From the NCBI GenBank assembly GCA_905178155.1, contig CAJINV010000003.1, positions 191,575 through 236,653 of the forward strand: a DNA stretch of 45,079 nucleotides, written 5' to 3'. The notes under the pieces are model-generated. The model had not been told where the DNA came from. It ran no database searches and was given only the letters and a program-made list of their open reading frames with translations. Shown here one piece after another: positions 35,752-45,079 of the stretch. How positions within the stretch are numbered: position 1 is the first letter of the stretch; each line of letters opens with the position of its first letter. A program made the translations under genes and the position numbers. The DNA comes from Amoebophrya sp. A120. Lineage: Eukaryota > Protista > Dinoflagellata.

Positions 35752-38700
35752 ATGAAGACCCTGTTTCTCAAATTACATTTTTTGCAACAATGTTGCCTTA
35801 TAGCTTTGCGGTCCAGCGCATTTATTTTTGGTGACCGACCACTATGTCGCGCTCGCGCAACAGTTCTTTTCGCAGAGGCGAGGACCACCGGAACCACGCA
35901 ATTCCCCGGCGATGATGACCTCCAAACAGCGCAGCCGCAGGCCCCCGACCCCGGCACAACGACGTCCGATCATCTTGCCACGTACCTCGATCAGTTTGGG
36001 CCCCCGGACGGCATGCTCGAAAAGTATTTTGAGAACGTGAGACTACGAAGTTCCGTGCCATGGGAGAACACGCTGAACCGGTGGCCGTTGCACGTGGCAG
36101 ATCTTTCGTGGGAAGACGGACAAGGTGTCTGGGCCAAATTCGTCGAGCGTGTGGGAAGCCATTTCCTGTCGCCACGTCGATCGGCAGCCGAGCGGCTGCA
36201 AGAGATCGATTCATGGTTTATCGAGGAAGACCGTTCTTTCGTGGCCGGTGCCGCAGATGGGTCGCCGGAAAATGTGGGGGCAAGGACCGCTAATATGGTC
36301 GATGCTGCTGGTGACGAAGACTCATCTGAAGCAGAGCCCTCGCTGTGGCACTTCCTGCCAGCGAACTTTTTCGCGGACGGAAAAGATGAGAACGGCCTGC
36401 CACTCCGAGCGGTCCTTCGAGACGCTTTGGGACCTCTTTTGGACGACCACGAAGAAGAACCCACCCTGGAGGACTTCAAGGAAAAGGTACCCAAACGCAT
36501 ACGGTTGCTTCTTCCTTGGGAGGTGCTGGAGCGAATCCTCTTTCTTGGGCGGTTGCGGCGAGTAGCAAATGCAAAATCTTCCTGCGGGTCCATCTTCGCC
36601 CCTGTGTGTTAGTTTACCGGACTTTGGAGCTCACGCGGGCTGCAGTTGTATAGTAAGTATGCATGAGTAGAACGACAATAAACGAATGTACTTATTTTTT
36701 ACAGACGTGGAGACCCAATTGATTTCATTCTGTGGTGCTCCGGCATTGCTTCTGAGTCTACTGGCACTTACACTTAGATCGTCAGGTCTGCTACGTGCTC
36801 GAAGCTTTGCAATACCGCTTTTGTGCGACCTAGCCTTGCAAATAATTCATCGGATACATACAGATTAGTACATGTGAATTACCTAGTCCTAGGGTTGTTG
36901 TCTGGGCTCAGTAAGAAGTTTTTCCTTGGATACAGAGTGTTCCACCGGTATTTGGGGAAGGACGAGGGGTTCCTCCTTAGCTGCCGCGAGTTCTGGCTTC
37001 ACCACGTAAAAACGCTGAAAACGAACACCAGCGTGCACGTTGACGGATTAGCGCAAGGGACGCGGAGTATCGAGCAGTGGATGGATTCGCTGCACGAGGG
37101 TCGGCCACCTCCGGCGACGTCGCAAGGCGACCCTCGTGGCATCCAAAAGCAGCGGTATTTCCTGGCCTTGAACTTAGCGGCTATTGAAGACGAACTCTCA
37201 GCGGCGCGGCTTGCGGAGGAGAATCTCGCACAGGACTGGTTAATGACGGATGATGAAGAAGATTCCTCAGAAGTTTCTCTTTCCGAAGAGGAAGAGGCTA
37301 GTTTTCAGGAGTACGCCAGCACCGTCGATGCACTGGCCACTCGTAGTGAATTTGCAGTGCGCCTCGGTCGCATAGTATCGGCTTCTGAGCAAGTAGTTGC
37401 ACAACCGGCGCAACAAGCAGGAATAAACAATTCTTCCGGAGGACCATCGAGCGGTCCACCCGCCTCGGTCGTACAGCCGCCAACGTTAGAAGAATTTCTC
37501 GACGTTCTGGCCAAACACCCACCGCAATTCCTGCAACCGCCAAAGTGGCAGCGGGCCTTCTGGTTCTTTTTGTTCGGTTTACAGATGCCGGGTGGGCAGC
37601 AACTACTGCCCCCGCAGTTCGCGTTCGGCGACGTTGCTGGGTGGGCGCACCGGCAGCTGAAGAAGCTCGCACCCTGGCTGACCCACAACGTGAAAAAGAA
37701 CTTCAACCAGAGTAGTGCTGCACCATCTTCGGGTACTAGTTCTGGTGCTCCCCCTCCGGCCCCCCCTCCGCCCTTCGGACCTGCGCGGTACATACTGGCG
37801 GTGGTGAAGCTGTTGCACGTTTTCCTGCGGGAGGTAACCGCGGCGCCGCCGCTGCTGGCCTTGCGGCAGCGATTGCGGGACGATCCGGACGTTCCAAAAC
37901 TGCTGAAGTACGTGGGCAAACACCGGGTTTTCCACGATTGCTTCCGGCATTTCCGCTACGCGACGCGCGACGGGATGCTCAGGGCGGGAGGTGGTGTGGC
38001 CACGAAAACGGATTTCCGGTCCTTCTTTCAGAACATTCTCCGTTCCCACTACCTGGACGTGGCGGATTTGCGGCGCAAGCAGCACAAGCGCGACCGCGAC
38101 GCAGAAAACTTCGACACCGCCGCCGCCTTTTGGGGCAACTTGCTGTGGGTCCTGATTTGCGTGACCGCGGTTCTGGCTCTGGGAAACATTGCCGCGGTGG
38201 TCTATCTCCGCTGCTCGTGGGTACGGAAGCGAAAAGAGGCGGCCGCCGCAAAAGCCGCAGACCGGGCCGCCTGGTCGTTGACGCCGCCGCGCCCAGATGT
38301 TGCAGGAGAGTATGGAAAGAGCAGTTATGAGGACGGGAAGAGGAGCGAGCGAAGCAGCTGCGGTTATAGTTCCTCACCTACATTTGCTAGTCATCTGGCA
38401 GATGATAGCATCAAGATCATCCAGGTCGGAAACAACAGGAGCGCGGCCGAGCTAAACCCGGCTGCAGCACCGACCGCCGTCGGTACAGAATTTTGCCCTG
38501 GTGCCGTGGTTGCATCACAAAACCTTCTTCCAGACGATACCGACACGAAAGTTGAGTTTTCGGGCCCGACTGCGGCCACCACGCCCCTGTTAGTATCGGA
38601 AAATAAAGACGAAGACGCGTCACAACTATTGTGCCCGGCGGGTGCAGCAACTCCTAATGCAAATGACGGGATCATGTCTGCGACTGCGTTTGTCTTTGTT

Positions 38701-39540
38701 GATCAGCCTGAAATAAATCCTCCGCTACTAAGCACCACTGCCTCCGATTGTAGCTCGTCTGCTGGACGACAAACGACCCCTTCGCCCTCAGCGTCAGTGC
38801 CCGTCTTGCTAACCTGCACCTCAGCCTCGGGCGTAGTGGCGACCGCCCCGCGGGAAGAAGGCTGGAATTGTGTCTACTCCGACGAGGGAGAAGACCACTG
38901 GCAAGAAAATCATCTGCTTCCGCCGTTGCAGCAAAGCACGATGTTCTCTGCGACGCAAGGAGCTGCACCAAATGTTGAAGCCGTGGACCACGATAATAAG
39001 CACAAGCAGACACAAGAACTTCTTCACAAAAATGCCGCGTCAGGAGCGTCGCAGCATGATTTTTATCCACTCGACATGGGTCCGCCAATCGTGTTAAACG
39101 ACCACCACGCCTTTCTTGGCTACAATAGCAATGCTCCACCGCCGGCCCGGGTCGTGAAGGATGCAGCTGGTGCAGCTCATCAACATCCGCTATTGGACTA
39201 CTGGCACAACGAGTTTTACTTGCAACGAGGAAGGACGAACAGGAGCGAGAGTGATAACAGTAAACCCTCTTGTTCTACTGTCGGACATGTCGTTGGCGCA
39301 CATGATCACGTACTATCGCCGCATCCGCACCTAGTAAATAAAAGCGCGACGAATCATGTCGAAACCGCAGGAACTGGCCAAAATCATGTCTACACAGCAC
39401 CGTCCCAAATAAACAAGGTAGCACCACTGCAGCATCACCATTTCGCCGACCCCGCTATTGGCAGGTTCTGTATGAAAAAGCAGCCCACTCTGGAACAAAT
39501 CCAGGAGGAGCCAACAGACGTGGAGAACGAACAACCGTGA
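35752..39540 (+). CDS. Large hypothetical single-pass membrane protein
   Basis: Two long ORFs joined in frame by removing 36563-36937 (exons 35752-36562 and 36938-39540). Possible signal peptide, TM segment FWGNLLWVLICVTAVLALGNIAAVVYL followed by a basic stretch, low-complexity tail. No recognised family. Confidence 0.68.
36563..36932. mobile_element. Degenerate TIR introner
   Basis: 5' end TAGCAAATGCAAAA matches the family A terminus TATCAAATGCAAAA at 13/14. 3' end ...GAAGTTTTTCCTTGGATA is an imperfect inverted partner. Flanks GCGAG and CAGAG. Removing 375 nt gives RRVFH in frame. Confidence 0.6.
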
Positions 39541-39881
39541 AAAATCCAACGCAGCAGCTGGAGCAGGACTAAACCGTGCGCAAAATTACGTTTCTGCACA
39601 GAAGCGGAAATAGCACCAACAACTCGTCGGACGCGCGCAAGAAAAGAACATCGGCAGAGGAGCGACGACCCGCAGTTTACTCTTTAAAAATGATGCTCAA
39701 CATGAAACAGAAACAGAGTCAGAGCGACGTGCTGCTTATGAGACCAAGGCAAAATGAAAATGATGAAGATGTAGATGTTGAAAAAAGAAAACCAAAACAG
39801 TCGAAGCCTGTCGACCTCATCATGTGAACAAGGGAGAAAATAACGAACTACAACCCGTGTATAATGTTACAGAAGAGCCAG

Positions 39882-41161
39882 CTTGACGTTTCACTTTCAG
39901 CGACAAAACATCCCTGCAAAAAGAGCTTTTTTGACTAATTCTTGAAGCATTTTTGAAGAAAGCACTTTTTGAAAAACAGAGCAGCTACGCCCACTGTAGA
40001 GGGTGCTCGAGGTGCGCCGGGTGCCGCATTGCAGTCAGAGCTACGACGCTACTCTGCGTGTAGCCTGATGCGGCTGTGTGATGCATCGCGTGCGCAGATT
40101 TGCGCGTCGTCGGCGACAGACCTGCGATGCAAAATTACGCTGCCTCGTTCTGCGCTTGAGCCAGCTTCTGAAAGCAGGCCACTTTGATGGCAGGCGATCC
40201 TGAGCCCCTCGCCAATAGTAGCGAACGTGCAGCGAACACGCCTTCGCGCAATTCGCCAGCCCGTGCAGCCAGTCGGCAGTTTTTGAGCAAGATCGACGGC
40301 TGTTGAAGGCAGCCAGCCACTTTTGAACGCGGTCAAAATACTTTGACGGCAGTCAAGATATTTTGACAGCAATCAAGCAATTTGTGAAGGCAATCAAGCA
40401 ATTTGTGAAGGCAATCAAGCAATTTGTGAAGGCAATCAGGGAATTCTTGAAGAGAGTCAAAAACAAGTCAAGTTTTGCGTCCCCTAATGCTACGGTCAAT
40501 TTTGACTTGCATTTGACTGCTTTTTGACGTTCTTCAAGAATTTCCTGACTTTTTTTTGACCTGTCGGGATCTCGCTTCACGTTTCGGCGTCCTCAAGATT
40601 CACCTGCAGCCAATTGACGCTGCCTCGCTCGTCTCTTTTCGGCTTCTGGCGACCACTTCGCGCAAAGGCTCCGGGGTGCGCGGCCCTTCGGGCCGCCACG
40701 AGTGTTTCTGTAGTTGCATCCACAGGACTGCAAGTCCCTCTCTTTTTGTGGGAAGTGTGGATGAGCTCACTCTTTACCACCGGGGGCCATCGTTTTTGTT
40801 AGCCGGCCGCCCATCCAAGGCTTATGTGCAAGCTACATCCTGCTTGCCGTTGGCAGTGCCGTCTTTGGCGCCTGTCGCGTTTTTGTCGCGTGCCACCACC
40901 CTAACAAAGCGCGACGCGGGAAACGAAGAAATATCTGCACACCGAGAAGCTGCGCGCGCTTTGTGTGCCATCGCGCCCCTGTTTTGGTTGTCGGGAAGCA
41001 TGGGGAAAAAGCTCGGGAGGTTGCTACGTGTAGGCAGCCCATTTTCAAAATGGCTCTTCTTCACAAATTCGTCAAAAATGCTTCACAAATTGAATTACAC
41101 CCCGGCACGGTTGACGTTAACTTGACGTTTCACCTTCAGCGACAAAACATTCCTGCAAAAA
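39882..41161. repeat. Composite repeat / possible foldback-like element bounded by 41-bp direct repeats
   Basis: CTTGACGTTTCACYTTCAGCGACAAAACATYCCTGCAAAAA at 39882-39922 and 41121-41161 (2 mismatches). 14-bp inverted pair at 39943-39956 and 41072-41085. Internal hairpin at ~40437-40546. Confidence 0.65.
40369..40452. repeat. 21-bp minisatellite
   Basis: GCAATCAAGCAATTTGTGAAG at 40369, 40390 and 40411, plus a degenerate fourth copy. Confidence 0.9.
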
Positions 41162-42119
41162 TACCTCCTAAGCAAGAACATGACACTTCACCTGCGTCTT
41201 ATGTTTAAGTAGCTGTAATTTTTATTTTGATGATGTGTGACGCGCAGACGAAAAAAATAAACACAGAAGCAACGTGCTGGCCGCGCCGGCCGCAAAATTT
41301 TCCGCGACTTCGTTTCCTACTTTAACTTTTCGCCCGCCGTTCCTTTCAACTCCAAGAGTGGGCTGTTGAACAGCAACACGTTGTCTTCTTGTAATTATCG
41401 GTCGCCTTGCCCTTGCCACCTGCACCTCCTCGCGGTCACCTGAGCTGCCTCAGTCGGGCCAGGATCAGAGTTTAGTGTGGTAATATCTACATCTAGTACC
41501 GATCACATACATACTTTACTATTTCGACACGTGGTTGTTGTATTTGGTGGTGTCGTGTCAGATCGACATCGGCGTGGATTTGTGAAAACTGGAGAGGATG
41601 ATCAAAGCTTCATGAATGTGTGAAGCAGAGATCTCTCGAAACGTCCAAAAATTCTGTTTGATCTTGATACCGAGCGAAGATCACCAGTAAGAGGTACTAC
41701 AGCAGGTGTCTAGCGCGGCTACGCAAAAAATACGTTCCAAATTCATCTTGATCATCCATCCACGACTGATCAAGTCCTCTGTTGAAGACGATGGATTTTG
41801 GTTCTGAAATGTGTTGTAAGGCTGCACAACAAGAAGAACAACTACCCCAAGCAGTGGTGTCGTGATGCAATTGACACTTATGCTGGTTTGGTTATATTTT
41901 GAGTGTGGTTCATCTGGTTGCACCAAGTAAAGAACACCAGGGCGTGTAGGTTTGAGTTCTGTCCGCCGAACATGATTCTGTGCTTGTTGAGCAGTTCCTT
42001 CCGTTGGTAATAGCTCTGTGTTTTCCTATTTGTGAGTAGTAAGTTGTTTGCACGGGATAATAATAATATTTCAACAGCAGAAGTTTTTCTTTGTGTTTGT
42101 TTTTGCCGAAGAAACGACC

Positions 42120-43688
42120 ATGGCATCATCTCCTGCTGCGCTGCAAGGTACGGAGCAAACAGCAGCCCGAGGATTAGGAGAAGTGGAGGACCTCCCAGTT
42201 AACGAGTCTCCGTCCACGGCCGCAAGTACTAGCGAAGATCCGGCTGATGTTGACACGACGACGTCTGCGTGGATCGAGCGTGTCCCACTGCCCAACGGGG
42301 AGCGGTTGCTGTTGCAAGAAGAGTATTGGTCAGCGGACGAGTACGACACCGGACAGGTGTCTTCCAACGCACAGGTTTGGGAGGCCGGGATGCTTCTGGT
42401 AAACTGCTTGCACCGCCTACTTTTATATGAACCGGTGTGGGAAACGTCGCCCTTTCTTGATTATTCAGCCAGTGCTGGACCGCCATTTGAGACCAGCAGC
42501 AGTGCGTGTAATAAAAACGCCGTAGCAGGAGCGCCAACAAGAAGTTGTGCAACATCTAGAACGGTGCTGCTTGATTTGGGTACAGGAACTGGTGTTTGCG
42601 GGCTTGCGGCCGCCAAAATGGGACTCGCGGACCACATAGTTCTCACCGACCTTCCACTCGTACTCGAAACGGTGACGCGGGAGAATGTGAAAAGGAACCA
42701 CGACTTTATTTCTGGACAGCAAGTAGGGCGAGAAGTGACGGTGGAATGCATGCCGCTGGATTGGCGGGAGATCAACGATGACAAAATCGCGGATTGCCTG
42801 CTTCGGAGCATGACCTCCTGCGACGCAAACGAGACTGGTGGTGCGCAGAACAAGTGCAGTGCCAGTACTGCGACCGGCGATGTTCTTGAGAGCACCTACC
42901 AAGGAATAGAGCCTGTGAAGCAGGTGAACCTTCGGGTCATCGCAAGTGACCTGGTCTACGCGGAGCAGGAGGTTCCGAACCTGCTTTCCGTTGTGACCAA
43001 ATTGGCGGAATGGTTCCACCGTAACCGTTTTACTTCTTGGGATAGACAGGAACATGATCCCGAAGCCGAACTGCAGGGAACACAAGAGAGGACCTTCAGG
43101 AAAGCTGCGGACGACTCGTCAAGAACAGCGGTGGAGACGACACGAACGACGAAAGGTGCTTCTTTACAAGCTTGCCTGCAAAGAACGCGACTGGTGGACA
43201 TGGAGTTTCTGTTCACAGTACAATTTCGGCCAGGCGAAACCAATCGGGCCGCCATCGCCGTTTTTGTCACGTCACTGATCCGGCTTGTTTTGTGCGAGGA
43301 TCGCTACACGGGCAAAAGAAGTTTTCGTGATACAACTTGTTCCGGACAAGCAGCAGCCGGTACTAGCGGTGCAGCTTATGCCAAAGACGTCGCGTTTTAC
43401 CCGCCCCCGACGGCCCCGGAATTCTATCCGATGTACCTTGAAGAAAGCGAAAGTTTGTTGGGACTCACAATGGACCGTCTGTGCGGGGACAATCAGGGGC
43501 TCAAGCATTGGGATTGGAAGGTTCACGACGCTGCCGTAAGACGAGCAGTCTATGGCCAAAACTGGGTGCTAGAGGAGATCACTTGGCATTACCTCTTGCC
43601 GGAGAATGGCCGAGCCTCGGTTTTAGCCCGACTACCCGGAAAAAAACGTGGGACCATTGTGCTTCTCAGGTTGCGGTCGTTGGAATGA
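42120..43688 (+). CDS. Seven-beta-strand protein-lysine methyltransferase (METTL21 / Methyltransf_16 family)
   Basis: Single ORF with QVWEAGMLL, motif I LLDLGTGTGVCGLAAA, VLTDLP, PLDW and the family signature VIASDLVY. Confidence 0.88.
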   Translation: MASSPAALQGTEQTAARGLGEVEDLPVNESPSTAASTSEDPADVDTTTSAWIERVPLPNGERLLLQEEYWSADEYDTGQVSSNAQVWEAGMLLVNCLHRLLLYEPVWETSPFLDYSASAGPPFETSSSACNKNAVAGAPTRSCATSRTVLLDLGTGTGVCGLAAAKMGLADHIVLTDLPLVLETVTRENVKRNHDFISGQQVGREVTVECMPLDWREINDDKIADCLLRSMTSCDANETGGAQNKCSASTATGDVLESTYQGIEPVKQVNLRVIASDLVYAEQEVPNLLSVVTKLAEWFHRNRFTSWDRQEHDPEAELQGTQERTFRKAADDSSRTAVETTRTTKGASLQACLQRTRLVDMEFLFTVQFRPGETNRAAIAVFVTSLIRLVLCEDRYTGKRSFRDTTCSGQAAAGTSGAAYAKDVAFYPPPTAPEFYPMYLEESESLLGLTMDRLCGDNQGLKHWDWKVHDAAVRRAVYGQNWVLEEITWHYLLPENGRASVLARLPGKKRGTIVLLRLRSLE

Positions 43689-44283
43689 CGAAGCACACAA
43701 AGACAAAGACCCTAGCGAAATTTCTCTTGCTGCTGCGCCTCGCACAAGCGTGGTAGTGCATAATACTGGCCCCTAATCATTTGAGCTCGATTTGGGGACC
43801 CCCCCAACATTTGAATCGCGACGCCGGAATGTTGTTTTCTGCTCAGACAGCGTTTCCTATAGTACCGAATCAGGTGAAATAGAGATTCATCCTCAGCGAC
43901 AATTACACTTTATAGAGCCGTTGTGCTGCAGCTCCAAAATTTGGTGCCACCTGGTCACGCTACAGAATTCTTGTTCACCCGCGTGGTTGTTCCGTGGGCA
44001 TCGCACAGATATTGGTGTTCCCCCCATGTCTTCGTTGTCGTGGCGGTGGCAAATCGCCTGCGTTAATATCGTGTAGCCGGGGAAAATGTAGGTTTTCAGC
44101 CTAAGCACCGATCGTTCTCCTCCTTCATCGATTGTCGTTGTCCGGTATCTACTTTGTCGTGGCTTAGCAGTCATTTACATTTTCACACCTCTTGTTCGAA
44201 AACAAAAGGAGTCGGTAGTGGTGGTCGTGGTCGGCAACTAGATTGCAGCTCCAACGCTGAACAAAAGACGCCGGCTTCGTTCT

Positions 44284-45079
44284 CAGTATAGCATCGTGGT
44301 GCCCAAAACTTGGAATTGCCTCTCGCTGGTCCCGGTACAGGTTTTGGGGCAGTATAGCATCGTGGTAACCAAAATCTGGAATTGCCTCTCGCCGGGCCGC
44401 GGCAGAGGCTTTGGGGCAGTACAGCATCGTGGTAAACCAAAATCTGGAATTTCCTCTCGCCGGGCTGCGGCAGAGGCTTTGGGGCAGTATAGCATCGTGG
44501 TAACCAAAATCTAGAATTTCTTCTCGCCATGCCCCGGCACAAGCTTTGGGGCAGTGTAGCATCGGGTTGGCCAAAATTTGGAATTGGCTCTCGACGGGCC
44601 CCAGCAGAGGTTTTCGGGCACTATAGCATCGTGGTAATCAAAATCTAGAATTTCTTCTCGCTGGGCTGCGGCAGAGGCTTTGGGGCAGTCTAGCATCGTG
44701 GTAACCAAAATCTAAATCTAGAATTTTTTCTCGCCATGCTCCGGCACAACAGGCTTTTGGGCAGTATAGCATCGGGGTGGCTAAACCTAAAGTCTAGAAT
44801 GGCCTCTCGCCGGGCCCCGGCAGAGGTTTTGGGGCACTATAGCATCGTGGCAACCAAAATCTAGAATTTCCTCTCGCCGGGCTGCGGCAGAGGCTTTGGG
44901 GCAGTATAGCATTGTGGTAACCAAAATCTAGAATTTCTTCTCGCCATGCCCCGGCACACGCCTTGGGGCAGTATAGGATCGGGGTGGCTAAAGTCTGGAA
45001 TGGCCTCTCGCCGGGCCCCGGCAGAGGTTTTGGGGCACTATAGCATCGTGGTAACCAAAATCTGGAATTTTCTCTCGCC
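44284..45079. repeat. ~67-bp tandem satellite (~12 copies, truncated by the window end)
   Basis: AGCATC-type anchor at 44290, 44356, 44423, 44491, 44558, 44625, 44692, 44768, 44841, 44908, 44975 and 45042. Confidence 0.94.

Noticed and set aside
10549-36932. Stop-codon reassignment allowing read-through of the inserts
   Set aside because: Two inserts (211 and 272 nt) break the frame, long exons contain no in-frame stops, and genes end in TAA, TAG and TGA normally.

Overview
Eukaryotic, intron-rich genomic DNA in the standard genetic code. All 12 supportable genes lie on the + strand. Gene content and intron style suggest a parasitic dinoflagellate relative such as Amoebophrya/Syndiniales (inference). 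Genes, in order: a small secreted protein, a DUF2237-like secreted protein, Mpv17/PMP22, an AEP primase-polymerase-like protein, SNRNP27, eIF5B with an N-terminal tRNA-binding OB-fold, CD2BP2/U5-52K, an ER-type SET-domain protein, an ODF3/SHIPPO-repeat protein, a mitochondrial carrier, a large membrane protein and a METTL21-like methyltransferase. The main signal is seven transposon-like inserts of 206-370 bp in four coding sequences. Each has terminal inverted repeats with TAY...ATA ends (TAG in one degenerate copy) and a 5-bp target-site duplication. Each must be removed together with one TSD copy, at non-GT-AG junctions, to restore the reading frame. The element's TAY end matches positions +2..+4 of the GTAY donor used by most canonical introns here. 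Also present: a 2.3-kb PIF/Harbinger-like non-autonomous element filled with a 133-bp hairpin satellite, a composite foldback-like repeat, and tandem arrays at both window ends. All exon models were derived by hand, without transcript data.
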